DNA of 64,000 bases, from positions 224,001 to 288,000 of the forward strand of contig CAWHAE010000016.1 of assembly GCA_963827235.1 (NCBI GenBank). Reading direction: 5' to 3'. Position numbers and translations under genes: made by a program. Below the pieces are notes generated by a model, which was not told the DNA's origin, searched no databases, and saw nothing but the letters and a program-made list of their open reading frames with translations. This document shows positions 42,642-52,927 of this stretch, piece by piece (the stretch's first letter is position 1; each line of letters opens with the position of its first letter). Origin of the DNA: an uncultured bacterium. GTDB lineage: Bacteria; Chloroflexota; UBA5177; JANWHV01.

Positions 42642-42989
42642 ATGAGCCCATTTGACCAGTCTCGAAGAACAAATCTCGCGAAAGCCGGGGTCACGATCAC
42701 CGTGCAGGAGGCCCACAGCCTGCAGCAGGAAGGTGCGCAGCTCATCGACGTACGCGAGCCGTACGAGTTCGCCCAAGGACATGCCAGCGGCGCGCGCAAC
42801 ATCCCACTCGACCGGCTTGCCGAGCGACTGACGGAGATCGCTACCGACCGCGTCGTGCTGCTGATCTGCGAGAGTGGTGTGCGGAGCCAGTCGGCACAGG
42901 CCGGCCTGGTCAAGCGCAACATCACTAACACGCGCAACGTGCAGGGAGGCACCGGCGCCTGGCGGCGCGCCGGTCTGCCCATGGAGTAG
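42642..42989 (+). CDS. Single-domain rhodanese
   Basis: LIDVREPYEF, GHASGARNIP and active-site CESGVRS; AGGAG RBS. Confidence 0.9.
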   Translation: MSPFDQSRRTNLAKAGVTITVQEAHSLQQEGAQLIDVREPYEFAQGHASGARNIPLDRLAERLTEIATDRVVLLICESGVRSQSAQAGLVKRNITNTRNVQGGTGAWRRAGLPME

Positions 42990-43220
42990 ACCGTTCACCG
43001 CATCAGTGACCTCAGATACTGCCGCGTGCTCGCTACGGTGGAACCGCAGCCACCGGTGCCAGCGCGAAGGCAAAGACGTTTGCCGCGGTACGTTTCGCAA
43101 GAGGGCAACGCTTGTCTGATTGCGGCTCCCATCACAGGCGAATGCAGAGCTCGGTCATGGAAAGGGTACGGGTCTCTTTTCGCCGCGGTCTGGTACTGAC
43201 TGGCGGCAACAGGCCGTGTG

Positions 43221-43282
43221 AAAAGCGGCCGGCCATCGACGGTACCGACTGGGAATACCCGGCCGGTACCGTCGATGGCCGG
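43221..43282 (-). terminator. Intrinsic terminator candidate for the sulfocyanin gene (may be bidirectional)
   Basis: Perfect 19-bp stem 43229-43247/43264-43282, then TTTT on the minus strand; lies between convergent genes. Confidence 0.65.
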
Positions 43283-43374
43283 AGCCACACAAGTTGCTCC
43301 CCGCAGCCCGTGGCATGGCGAACGACTCTCCGACGCCTCCACGGAGCAGTCCGACGGCTCGGACCGACTCGGCT

Positions 43375-43890
43375 CTACTCGGTTACCGTTGCCGACTTCG
43401 CCGTCTTGGACACCACGAACGAGTCCCACATGCCCGCCAGCGCATGCCCGGGCACGGCGCAGATCACCATGAATGTGCCGGCCTTGCTGGCTTTGAAGGA
43501 GAACTTCTGAGTCTTGCCCGACGTCACGCCGGAGGTAGGATCGGGCGAATTGGCGCCGGCGAACACGTCGGGCACGGCTGCTGCCGGTGGCGTCTTGGCG
43601 GCCGCGATGAACTGCGCGCTATGAGGCAGGCTAGAGCTGTTGCTGAACACGACGTTCACCGTATCGCCGAGCGGCACGGTGATGGTCAGCTTTCCCTTGG
43701 CGTAGCCGTCGAAGTTGAAGCCGCCGGCGGCGTTCTTGTAGCCGGCGATCAGCGTCAGCGTGACGACCTTGCCCTTCGTCGCCACCCACGTCGGCGCCTT
43801 GGCCAAGGCTGCCGACGACCCCTGCGCTCCAGCGAGCATCGCGGCGACGAGTACTGGGGCGGCAAGGGCATGCATGTATCGCGTCTTCAA
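43375..43890 (-). CDS. Sulfocyanin (SoxE)-like blue copper protein
   Basis: GGAGG RBS before TTG; signal peptide; FNFDGY, LPHS and CAVPGHALAGMW type-1 Cu ligands. Confidence 0.85.
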   Translation of the reverse strand: MKTRYMHALAAPVLVAAMLAGAQGSSAALAKAPTWVATKGKVVTLTLIAGYKNAAGGFNFDGYAKGKLTITVPLGDTVNVVFSNSSSLPHSAQFIAAAKTPPAAAVPDVFAGANSPDPTSGVTSGKTQKFSFKASKAGTFMVICAVPGHALAGMWDSFVVSKTAKSATVTE

Positions 43891-44163
43891 CGTGTTCCTC
43901 CACTGTAGATTGTGTGACCGGCAAACGCGCGGTCGCATATACTGCTCAGCAGCCTCAGGCACACAGGCGTAGCGCCTGCTCCGGCACACCGCGACGCCGA
44001 GCTGAGCGAGGGGACGGCGCTTCGCGGGGCATACGAAACGCACTAAGCCCGGCAGGCCAGGAGGGTGCTTCCACTTCCACTTTACCTGGAAGGTGATTTG
44101 TGGTCCACGACAAGCGGGCGGCCGCGGCCGCCCGCCGTCGCCGCGATTCAGCTCCGGTTCCGG

Positions 44164-45258
44164 CTAGCAGTCATCCGGCCCACGGCTGTTGGTTGGATCC
44201 AGGACGTTCTCCGGCCGGCCGCTTCGCGAGCTGCGATAGGCGGCCGCCAGGATCTCAACGCTGCGTGCGCCGAGCTCCAGAGGCGAACAATTCTCAACCG
44301 GACGACCCAGGGCCCGATCTACCAGCGCGTCGATCGGGCCTTCGCAGGTGTAGAGCCCCGCATTCGGCTCGAGGTCCAGCTTGAGCTGCCCATACTCGCT
44401 ATTGAAGAGCCACACGGCCTCGCGCCCGAGATCGACTAGCATCTGGCCACCGGCACCCACCACGCGAACCTCCATATGATGCTTGTTGCCTTCCGCTCCC
44501 CAGTGGCCGGACGCGCCGGAGAGAGTGCCAATGGCGCCGTTGTCGTAGCGCACCACGATAGCGTCGTGCAGCTCTACGCCGCTGCCGTACGGCGAGGACA
44601 TGGCGGCATATACCTCGGCGCCCCGCAGGCCGGTAAGCCAGAGTGCGAGTCCCAGCGCGTGAGATAGCTGCGCCTGTCCAAAGCCGCCTCCCGAAAGCTC
44701 GGGATCGGCCCAGGTCGCCGCCCCCGGCGCTGCATCTCCTCCCGCGTAGGTGAACGTCCCGGAGTTGGAGAGCAGGTCGCGCATGGCGAAGGACATGCTG
44801 ATCATCAGCTGTTCCACGCTGCCGATGCCCTTGCCGGATTGCAAGAGCTGCTTCGCCTGGCGAACCGGAAGCTGGTAGTTCCAGCCGTAGGCAACCACCA
44901 CGTCACGGTGGAGGCGGTTGGCAAGAGCCTCCAGGTCCCAAGCCTGCCCGGGATCGATGGTGACCGGCTTCTCGAGAAGCACGGCTGCTCCCGACTGCAG
45001 AGCCGCCCTGGCGTGCTCGTAGTGCAGGGCGGCAGGGCTTGCCACGACGCAGATGTCGACGCCCGCCGCCAGTACGTCGCGGTAGTCCTCGCTGGCGATG
45101 GCGAAGCCATACTGCTCGCGAATCCGCTCCAGCTCGGGCCTCGAGTGGCGGCACACCGCCACGAATTCGACATCGTCGGCCCGGCGGGCCAGGTTGGGCA
45201 GATGCGAGGCGACGGTCCACGCGCCGGCGCCGATGATGCCCAAGCGCAGCTTTGCCAT
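44164..45258 (-). CDS. Gfo/Idh/MocA family oxidoreductase
   Basis: LGIIGAG, HYEHARAAL and LEKP motifs. Confidence 0.9.
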   Translation of the reverse strand: MAKLRLGIIGAGAWTVASHLPNLARRADDVEFVAVCRHSRPELERIREQYGFAIASEDYRDVLAAGVDICVVASPAALHYEHARAALQSGAAVLLEKPVTIDPGQAWDLEALANRLHRDVVVAYGWNYQLPVRQAKQLLQSGKGIGSVEQLMISMSFAMRDLLSNSGTFTYAGGDAAPGAATWADPELSGGGFGQAQLSHALGLALWLTGLRGAEVYAAMSSPYGSGVELHDAIVVRYDNGAIGTLSGASGHWGAEGNKHHMEVRVVGAGGQMLVDLGREAVWLFNSEYGQLKLDLEPNAGLYTCEGPIDALVDRALGRPVENCSPLELGARSVEILAAAYRSSRSGRPENVLDPTNSRGPDDC

Positions 45259-45314
45259 CTCAGCTCCCTATCGCCGGCCACTGCCGGCAAGGGCTACTCC
45301 GGCCATCCCGCGGG

Positions 45315-46265
45315 TCAGATGTCCTCGGTCTCACCGCCGATCGCCCGCAGCTCGTCCCATAGCTCGGTAGGAATGGGGAGCCGGGCCAGTTCCAGCGTTT
45401 GCGACAACCGCTCCGGCCGGCTGATGCCGACTATCGTCGACGCGAAGCTCCGTTCGCGCAACGAGAACTGCAGCGCCGCCGCCGCGAGCGGTACGCCTTC
45501 CCTCGCGCAGGCGGCCTCCATCGCAGCGGCGCGAGCAAGCAGATCGGGCGATGCCGCGGCGTAGGCGTAGCGTGGTACCGCTGCCGGGCCCTTGCTCAGC
45601 ATACCGCCGCCGAACGGCGCCGCGTTCACGGCCGCCACGCCGCGACCGGAGGCCAGTGTGAGCAGCCTGCGCGCCGCCACGTTGAGCAGGGTGAAGCGAT
45701 TGTGAGAAAGAACGACCTCGAAGTTGCCCGTCTCCACGTAGCGAGCCATCAAATTGATCGGTCCGCCCGCCACCCCAGCATGACCAATCAAGCCCTCGTC
45801 CTTGCAACGCAGCAGCGCATCCATGGGCCCGCCAGGCGAAGTGCCTTGCTCGAACGAGATACTCTCCACGTCATGCAGATACACGAGTTGCAACCTATCG
45901 AGGCTCAGCAACCGCAGGCTACGCTCCAGGCTGCGACGCACCTGGTCGCCGCTGTAGTCGCGGGTGACCGCATCCGGATCCACTTTCGTGGCCAGGACGA
46001 AGCCCGGCGGCAACCCGCCTATCTCGCGCAGCGCGAGGCCGATTCGACGCTCGCTCTCGCCGTCGCTATAGCCGCCTGCCGTGTCCATGAAGTTGACAGG
46101 TCCCTGGAAGACAGCGCGCAGCGTGGCGAGTGCACGCTCCTCGCCGACAGGGTAAAACAGCTCCGGCATGTTTCCCAGCACTGCGGTGCCGATGCAGAGT
46201 GGCGTGACGCGCAACCCTGTAGTTCCCAGATCGCGAAGCGGCAACGGGTCCGCCATCTCATTCAT
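45315..46265 (-). CDS. Aldo/keto reductase
   Basis: DTAGGY, ATKV, SLERSLRLL and YLHD motifs. Confidence 0.9.
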   Translation of the reverse strand: MNEMADPLPLRDLGTTGLRVTPLCIGTAVLGNMPELFYPVGEERALATLRAVFQGPVNFMDTAGGYSDGESERRIGLALREIGGLPPGFVLATKVDPDAVTRDYSGDQVRRSLERSLRLLSLDRLQLVYLHDVESISFEQGTSPGGPMDALLRCKDEGLIGHAGVAGGPINLMARYVETGNFEVVLSHNRFTLLNVAARRLLTLASGRGVAAVNAAPFGGGMLSKGPAAVPRYAYAAASPDLLARAAAMEAACAREGVPLAAAALQFSLRERSFASTIVGISRPERLSQTLELARLPIPTELWDELRAIGGETEDI

Positions 46266-46371
46266 ACTGAAACCGTCCCTTTCCCGTCGATAACCGGGAT
46301 TGCCGGCCCGCACGGCACGTCCGGCCAACACTGCGCGCTCCTGCCGATGTCGTGCCGGATCTCGGCCGGGT

Positions 46372-47712
46372 TCACTCGACCAACGCGTTGGCGCGGGTGA
46401 CCCTGCCGAACCAGCGCCCGCTGTCCTTGACGATCCGCCGCTGCGTCGGATAGTCGGTGTAGCTGAGGCCGAACCTCCGGCTGGTGCCGTACGCCCACTC
46501 GAAATTGTCCAGCAGCGTCCAGCAGAAGTAACCCTGCACAGGAACGCCCTCTTCGATAGCGCGCAGAACCACCTGTAGGTGCTCCTTCAGGTAGCGTTGC
46601 CGCTCCGGATCGTGGACGGCACCGTCCTCGCCGAGCCGATCGTCGAAGGCTGCGCCGTTCTCGGTGATCAGCAGGCGGGCAATACCGCAGTCGTTCTTGA
46701 GCCAGGTCAGCAGGTCGTAGAGACCCTGGGGATAGATCTCCCAGTCGGCGGCCGTGACGTTCGCGTTGTCACGAATGTTGATGACAGGAAAGCCCGCGTT
46801 TGGGGCGTCGGCCCGGCAGACGGTTCTCGTGTAGTAGTTGATGCCCAGGAAGTCGAGAGGAGCAGCGATCGCTTCCAGGTCGCCTTCCACGATCGCCGGA
46901 ACGTCGGCGCCATATGCGTCCCACGCCTCACGCGGATACCCGCGCCCCAGGACGGGATCCAAGAACCAGCGATTCTGCCGTTCATGTAGCAGCCGCGCGG
47001 ACGCCTGGTCGGCCGGCGATTCGGTGGCCGGGTAAGTCGGGCTGAAATTCAACACGATGCCCACGCTTGCCTTCGGGCTGCGTGCGCGAATCACCGGCAC
47101 CGCACGCCCGTGAGACAGCAGCACGTGGTGGGCAACCTGCAGCGCCAGCGCTCGATCCCTGAGCCCTGGGGCGTGCTCGCCTGACTCGTGTCCCAGATAG
47201 GCGGTGCACAGTGGCTCGTTGTGGGTCATCCAGTGCGTCACCCGGTCTCCCAATCGGCCGACGGTGATATCGACGTAGCGCTCAAACGCGTCGACAGTTG
47301 CGCGATCGGCCCAGCCGCCGTGGTCCTGTAATGCCTGCGGCAGGTCCCAGTGGTAGAGCGTCACGTAGGGCTGGACTCCCGCGTCCAGGAGCTCATCGAC
47401 CAGGCGGTCGTAGAAGTCCAGCCCGGGCGTATTGATCTCGCCGGAGCCGTCGGGGACGATGCGCGGCCAGGCCGTGGAAAACCGGTAGGCATTCAGCCCG
47501 AGCTCGCCCATGATCAGGGTATCCTCGGCGTGCCTGTGATAGGAGTCGCAGGCCGGCTCGCCGGTTTCCCCGGTTACGATCTTGCCGGGCGTTGCCGCAA
47601 AGCGATCCCAGATCGACTCACCGCGGCCATCCTCCTTGGTCGCTCCTTCAATCTGGAATGACGCCGTAGCCGCCCCCCATAGAAAGCCCGGGGGGAAAGT
47701 CCGAGTTGCCAT
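46372..47712 (-). CDS. GH1 beta-glucosidase
   Basis: FLWGAATASFQIEG, TLYHWDLP, catalytic NEP and ITENG, DNFEW. Confidence 0.95.
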   Translation of the reverse strand: MATRTFPPGFLWGAATASFQIEGATKEDGRGESIWDRFAATPGKIVTGETGEPACDSYHRHAEDTLIMGELGLNAYRFSTAWPRIVPDGSGEINTPGLDFYDRLVDELLDAGVQPYVTLYHWDLPQALQDHGGWADRATVDAFERYVDITVGRLGDRVTHWMTHNEPLCTAYLGHESGEHAPGLRDRALALQVAHHVLLSHGRAVPVIRARSPKASVGIVLNFSPTYPATESPADQASARLLHERQNRWFLDPVLGRGYPREAWDAYGADVPAIVEGDLEAIAAPLDFLGINYYTRTVCRADAPNAGFPVINIRDNANVTAADWEIYPQGLYDLLTWLKNDCGIARLLITENGAAFDDRLGEDGAVHDPERQRYLKEHLQVVLRAIEEGVPVQGYFCWTLLDNFEWAYGTSRRFGLSYTDYPTQRRIVKDSGRWFGRVTRANALVE

Positions 47713-47783
47713 GCCGCCGTCCACCTCTCAGTTGTCGTAGTGGGGCGCGAACGCCGAATACAGCCCGTGCGGGCAGATCAAGC

Positions 47784-48236
47784 TCACACGTCCTCGAGTA
47801 ACTCCAATATAAGGCCCAGCCGCGCCACACTGTCGCAATAGGCGTAGCTGCCGCCCGTGTAGTCACCGCGCTGGATAAGTGGCATGCCGCCGGACGCCAG
47901 GTAGGCCAGCCTATCCGGCATGTTCTCTACTCTGAAGGCGACATGATGGAGGCTGTCACCGTGTTGCTCCAATTGGTCCCGCCATGTGCTGGGCCCGCCT
48001 ATCGGCTCGATGAGCTCAACCTGCACCGGACCCATCTGGAAGAACGCCTGCCGTACCCGCGCCGGCGTCGGTTCCCCGCGGTATTCCGTGTGCGCCTTCT
48101 CGACCGGGTCGGAAGTGATAATCTCGGGCTCGGGCAGGCCAAATGTCGTGGCCCAGGCTCGAATGGTAGCTTCGAGGTCCCGCACGATGAGACCGATTTG
48201 TACGATAGACGTCGTGCCGAGGTTGCTCTGTTCCAT
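47784..48236 (-). CDS. VOC family protein (methylmalonyl-CoA epimerase-like)
   Basis: QIGLIVRD, VELIEP, LHHVAF and ILELLE motifs. Confidence 0.85.
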   Translation of the reverse strand: MEQSNLGTTSIVQIGLIVRDLEATIRAWATTFGLPEPEIITSDPVEKAHTEYRGEPTPARVRQAFFQMGPVQVELIEPIGGPSTWRDQLEQHGDSLHHVAFRVENMPDRLAYLASGGMPLIQRGDYTGGSYAYCDSVARLGLILELLEDV

Positions 48237-48337
48237 GTTCGACTCTCCTGTTTGTTCCGCTGAGCACTTCACGCCACGTCGGTTCCGTGGGCGTCGAGTC
48301 CGCGAAAGTGGGGCGGCCCCGGGCAGTCACCTGCCTA

Positions 48338-49171
48338 CTACAAAGCTACGTGCACCTCCTGCGCCACGGCACGAATGTGCCGAGCGGCTTCAGCGTACTT
48401 ATCGGCAGTCGGCAAGTGTTCCAACATCAGTGGAGTGTCGGGATCGAGCCGGCCGAGCTCTCGCAGATAGGTGCCGTAGTCCAGCGCGCCGAGGCCGGGC
48501 CGCACCTCGTCAAGGTGCACGAGCGACTGAGGCCGCAGTGCTACGTCCTTGGCGTGACAGCTCTTGATATAAGGACCCAGGACGGCAAAGCAGGCCTTGA
48601 TCAGGCCGGCGTTGTCGAAATAGCGCTGGGGACTGCAGATGAGGTTGACCGGATCCAGGTGCACGGCAAACGCCGAGCGATCGACGGCCTTGATGATAGA
48701 AAGATAGGACTCGGGCGAGTCCGGATAGATCCACTGCATCATCTCGAGAGTGTAGAAGGTTCGCCGGGGCTTGACAGCGTCGATGATCGCACGCACCGTG
48801 TCGATGATCAACTCGAGCGTGTCCTGGGTGAGATTGGCCGAATGCGGCCCGTCCCAGACCTCTCCGCGTGATCCGGCGATATTGACGCAACAGCGCGCCC
48901 CAATGGCGTCGGCGAGCGCAAGCCGCTCCTGACACATTGCCACGGCCGCCGTACAGGCCGCAGGATCGGGACCGATCGGGTTACACCAAGCGCCGACCTC
49001 GGCTATGACCACGCCGGCCTGGCGCGCAGCCTGTTCGTAGGACGAGATCGCCGCTCCATCGCGAGGGCTGTCCAGCGGGCAGAGCGCGGCGCGGTACCCG
49101 TGGCGCCGTACGAGGTCGGTCCATTCTGTCGCATTACTCCAGTCACCGAACAGGGGCCCACCAAGTCGCAT
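48338..49171 (-). CDS. Sugar phosphate isomerase/epimerase (xylose-isomerase-like TIM barrel)
   Basis: TLEMM, HLDPVN, CHAKD, PGLGALD and MLEH metal-binding motifs. Confidence 0.88.
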   Translation of the reverse strand: MRLGGPLFGDWSNATEWTDLVRRHGYRAALCPLDSPRDGAAISSYEQAARQAGVVIAEVGAWCNPIGPDPAACTAAVAMCQERLALADAIGARCCVNIAGSRGEVWDGPHSANLTQDTLELIIDTVRAIIDAVKPRRTFYTLEMMQWIYPDSPESYLSIIKAVDRSAFAVHLDPVNLICSPQRYFDNAGLIKACFAVLGPYIKSCHAKDVALRPQSLVHLDEVRPGLGALDYGTYLRELGRLDPDTPLMLEHLPTADKYAEAARHIRAVAQEVHVAL

Positions 49172-49295
49172 CTTCTACTCCTTGTCACAGAGGGAGAGAC
49201 TCACGTGCCGAGCAGCGTGCTCCGCCTTCCGCTGGCCCGCCGATGCCGGCATCGTCGTCGTCCGCGCACATATGCCATCCGGGGACGTACCCACC

Positions 49296-50222
49296 TCAGG
49301 TGAGCCGCAGCCGAGGCAGCACATCGGCGGTGAACTGCTGCAGTCCAGCCGTGGCGGGAAAATCGGCGAAGCGAAGCATGAAGTGCCGCACGCCGAGCTC
49401 GACGAAGGTCTGCAGCTCGTCGGCGACCTGCGTGCTACCCCCCACGAGGAAATGGACATCCGGCCGCTGCGGCTCACCCCCGGTGCCGGTGAGATCCACG
49501 ACACTGAAATATGTGAGCTCGAGCTCACGCGCGTCGCGCCCCAGCTGCGCGCAGTGCCGTGCCAGCGCCGACTTCTTCTCGGCAAAGCTGTCGACGGTCA
49601 GAAAGGATCCGTTCCACATGTCCGCCTGTGCCGCGGTCACCCTGAGCGTACGGTCTCCGTTTCCTCCGACCATGATGGGAAACGGCATGCTGGGGCGCGG
49701 CTCGCAGTAGGCATCGCGAATCGAGTAGTGGGCTCCGGTGAAGCTGGCCGGACTCTGCGAGAACATCGCCTTGATCAGCCTGATCGCCTCGTCGAGCTGA
49801 TCGATTCGCACGCCCGATCTGGGAAAGTCCAGCCCGTATGCCTCGTGTTCGTCGCGCTTCCAGCCGGCACCAAGGCCCAATATGAATCGTCCCCCGGATA
49901 GCAGCTGCAGATTGGCCGCCATCTTGGCTGTGAGGGCCGGGCTGCGATAGCGCTGCCCGAGCACCAGCGTGCCGATACGAAAGCGCGGACACAACGCCGC
50001 GAAGAAGGACGCCGTGGTAAGCGCCTCGAAGGTTGGGTCTGAGCCCCACTGAAAATGGTCCTCGAACCACAACGTGGTGAAGGCCTGCGGCAGCGCCTCC
50101 ACGTACGCGCGGTTCGCGTCGCGGAGCGCGGTTGCGTCGGCAAGCTTCTCAGCCGGGGTTGTTCCCTTTGCCGTCCGCGTGGGCGTGATCGCCCAACCAA
50201 ATGTCACCGGCTGCGCATTCAT
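49296..50222 (-). CDS. LLM-class flavin (possibly F420)-dependent oxidoreductase
   Basis: WFEDHF, RSPALTAKMAA, GRFILGLGAGW and PIMVGG motifs. Confidence 0.9.
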   Translation of the reverse strand: MNAQPVTFGWAITPTRTAKGTTPAEKLADATALRDANRAYVEALPQAFTTLWFEDHFQWGSDPTFEALTTASFFAALCPRFRIGTLVLGQRYRSPALTAKMAANLQLLSGGRFILGLGAGWKRDEHEAYGLDFPRSGVRIDQLDEAIRLIKAMFSQSPASFTGAHYSIRDAYCEPRPSMPFPIMVGGNGDRTLRVTAAQADMWNGSFLTVDSFAEKKSALARHCAQLGRDARELELTYFSVVDLTGTGGEPQRPDVHFLVGGSTQVADELQTFVELGVRHFMLRFADFPATAGLQQFTADVLPRLRLT

Positions 50223-50432
50223 GCGTCGACCTTTCTGCTCACAGGCGCTCGAATACACGCGCCGTCGATACTGAGTGCTGCGTCCATTGCCAACGGTACC
50301 GCCGCTCGATCTGCCCACACGGCAATCTTCGGGCCGGATTGGGTCGCCAGCCTCTGGGCGGGAGCCGCACTCCGCTCCAACCGCGGTCACGAGACCATGC
50401 GTTGAGGCGGTACGGGACGCTCCCTTGAACCG

Positions 50433-51341
50433 CTAGAGCTTCAAACCGGAGGACACCAACCCTTCCACGTAGAACCGTCCCAGAAACAGGAACAGTATAG
50501 CCAGCGGTATAGATCCGATGACGTAGCTGGCAAATACAGGGCCCCAGATGCCGTAGGTGCCGCTGGTCGACGTCAGAGCGCTCTGCGTCAGTGAGTAGAG
50601 CCCGACGCTGATCACTTGGATGTTGTCGTTGCTGATCGTGACAAGCGGCCATAAAAATGAGTTCCACTGGTACACGACGTGGAGCACCGCCAGCACCGCC
50701 ATCATGGGCAGCACGAGGGGCAGGGTGATCCTGAATACCAGCGTCGCCCAGCCGGCACCGTCTATCTCGGCCGCTTCGTACAGCTCGTTTGGCAGACTCT
50801 CGATGTAGGTGCGCAGCAGAAAAATGCCGAAGACCGGACCACTGGCCGCGCTCGGAATGATCAGCGCCAGGTACGTGTCCAACAGGCCGAGGGACTTGTA
50901 CTCCAGGAACTGGGGCACGAAGGAGACGATCCAGGGCACCATCAGCAGCGAGATCACCATATAGTAGAGCTGCTCCCGGAAGGGAAAGCGCATACGCGCA
51001 AACACGTGGCCGCCGACCAGCGAGAAGAGCAGCACGACCACGCCGCTCGCCACGGTCACCAGCAACGTGTTGAATATGTAGCCGTCGACGGTCTGCCAGG
51101 CGGTGACGTAATTGTCCAGCCTCATGGGCAAGGACAGAGTCCAGCGATGATATTCGTACTGCAGCGGCGTCTTGACGGAGTCCAGCGCGATCAGCACGAT
51201 GGGATAGAAAGCCAGCACGAACACGGCGACGAGCACCACGTGAATCATCGCCTGCGGCGTCCGCCGCCGTAGCCTGGCGTTGCCGCTCCGGCCTTGACCC
51301 GCTCGCCGGGCGAGAATCATCGCATAACTCCCCTTGGACAC
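50433..51341 (-). CDS. Carbohydrate ABC transporter permease (MalG-like)
   Basis: EAAEIDGA loop, WNSFLWP, six TM segments. Confidence 0.92.
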   Translation of the reverse strand: MSKGSYAMILARRAGQGRSGNARLRRRTPQAMIHVVLVAVFVLAFYPIVLIALDSVKTPLQYEYHRWTLSLPMRLDNYVTAWQTVDGYIFNTLLVTVASGVVVLLFSLVGGHVFARMRFPFREQLYYMVISLLMVPWIVSFVPQFLEYKSLGLLDTYLALIIPSAASGPVFGIFLLRTYIESLPNELYEAAEIDGAGWATLVFRITLPLVLPMMAVLAVLHVVYQWNSFLWPLVTISNDNIQVISVGLYSLTQSALTSTSGTYGIWGPVFASYVIGSIPLAILFLFLGRFYVEGLVSSGLKL

Positions 51342-51383
51342 TCGGCTCGAATGGTATGCGTGTGAAGCCGAAAGGCGGCTGAG

Positions 51384-52352
51384 CTAGGCATACATGGTAT
51401 CGGCCCTCTGCCAGGGACGATTGACAAAGATGGTGAGCACGAAGCAGACGATGAACAACAGGAGACCGACGGACGAGGCATAGCCCATGGCGTTGGCTGT
51501 GAACGCTTCCCGATACATGCGCATGGCAGGCACCATCGTCGCGCTACCAGGACCGCCGTTCGTGAGAACCAGTATGGTCTCGAAACCTTGAACGCCGGCA
51601 ATCACCGCCAGCGTCAGCAAGAGCTTGATCTGGCCGGCGAGCAGCGGTACCTCGATATGGCGCACGCGACGAAAGCCCGCGCAATCGTCCAGCTCACTTG
51701 CCTCCAGTACTTCGGGAGGGATGTTGCCCAGGCCGGCGAGATAGATCAGGATATTCGTGCCGTTGAGCCAGGGAAAGCCGATGAACATCAAGGCGTAGAG
51801 CGCCGTATGGTAGTCGCCGAGCCAATCGTGCGCTAGGGCGCCCAAGCCTACGAAATCCAGAAAGGCATTGATCAAGCCGAGGTTGGGATCGTACAGGTAG
51901 CGCCAAAGCAGAATGGTCACTATTCCAGGCACCAGGACGGGAAGTATGACGAGAAAGCGATAGAGCGCCTTAGCGGTAGTGTTGCGCACGTGGAAGATGA
52001 GCAGTGCGATGCCGAGCGGCACGACGGCAGCGGTAACGGCGCCGGCAACCACCAGGCGAAGCATATTGGAGCTCTCCTGCCAGAATGCCGGGTCGCTGAA
52101 AGACTGCTGGAAGTTATCGAAGCCTACGAACGTACCGGCGCTCGTGCCGTCCCATGAGAAGAACGCGTGGTAGAATCCCGAAAGCGGCGGGAAATACATG
52201 AAGACGGCGAGCAGGGCAAAGATCGGCGCCAGCAGCATATAGGCGACGCGAGCGCGGGCGATCTCCCCCCAGAGCGAGCGCGGCGGACGCTCGAGGGCCA
52301 CAGTGCCGCCTGCCGGTTGTGGGGTTGTCGTGCCGGTACGCTCGTAAGCCAT
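51384..52352 (-). CDS. Carbohydrate ABC transporter permease (MalF-like)
   Basis: FVGFDNF, YLAGLGNIP, EASELD and TNGGPG motifs. Confidence 0.92.
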   Translation of the reverse strand: MAYERTGTTTPQPAGGTVALERPPRSLWGEIARARVAYMLLAPIFALLAVFMYFPPLSGFYHAFFSWDGTSAGTFVGFDNFQQSFSDPAFWQESSNMLRLVVAGAVTAAVVPLGIALLIFHVRNTTAKALYRFLVILPVLVPGIVTILLWRYLYDPNLGLINAFLDFVGLGALAHDWLGDYHTALYALMFIGFPWLNGTNILIYLAGLGNIPPEVLEASELDDCAGFRRVRHIEVPLLAGQIKLLLTLAVIAGVQGFETILVLTNGGPGSATMVPAMRMYREAFTANAMGYASSVGLLLFIVCFVLTIFVNRPWQRADTMYA

Positions 52353-52372
52353 GCGCCGTCTACTTCTTTCGA

Positions 52373-52843
52373 TCAACTCTGTTTCGGATGCAGTAGGTGG
52401 ACACGTACCGTCGTCGACTTGTCCACTTCGATGATCCGCCCCAGAGACGTGTCCGTGAACTGAATCCGGGCGTCCGTAGCCGTGTCGTACGGCGAAGCCG
52501 GCAGGCTGGTGTAGGTGAACGTCGCCTCGCCCATGCGGTTCGTGAGGGCCAATAGCGGTACCAGATAGCCGCTATCGAGCGACACGGCCTCCACGTAGTC
52601 GCTCGACCTCGGCTTGCCGCCTTCCGTGACCCGCACCACGATGTGCGATTTAGAGGTCCCGTCGGCAGGAATGGCCGGAGGCTTCACGGTGACGCCGAGG
52701 TCGACGCTCGATAGCGAGTGCATGGTGGCGAACCAATCGCCCACACAGAGCAGCAGAACCGCCAGGCAGACCGCGAGAGCTGCGTTTCGCCACGGCGCTA
52801 GTGGGTTGATCGGGGCAGATGGCGCATGTTCCATCGACAGCAT
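52373..52843 (-). CDS. Small membrane-anchored Ig-like (invasin/Big_1-like) protein
   Basis: GAGGAG RBS; one N-terminal hydrophobic helix; IPADGTSKSHIVVRV and TNRMGEATFTYTS are Big_1-type motifs. Confidence 0.65.
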   Translation of the reverse strand: MLSMEHAPSAPINPLAPWRNAALAVCLAVLLLCVGDWFATMHSLSSVDLGVTVKPPAIPADGTSKSHIVVRVTEGGKPRSSDYVEAVSLDSGYLVPLLALTNRMGEATFTYTSLPASPYDTATDARIQFTDTSLGRIIEVDKSTTVRVHLLHPKQS

Positions 52844-52857
52844 GTGGCTCGCTCCTC

Positions 52858-52895
52858 GCCGCCGTATCGGGACGTGGCGGTCCCGATACGGCGGC
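52858..52895 (-). terminator. Intercistronic perfect 16-bp stem-loop after the SBP gene
   Basis: GCCGCCGTATCGGGAC / GTCCCGATACGGCGGC with a 6-nt loop and no U-tract; likely mRNA stabiliser or partial terminator. Confidence 0.7.
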
Positions 52896-52927
52896 ACGTG
52901 CCTGCGTGCTTTCGGCTCGACTCGGCT

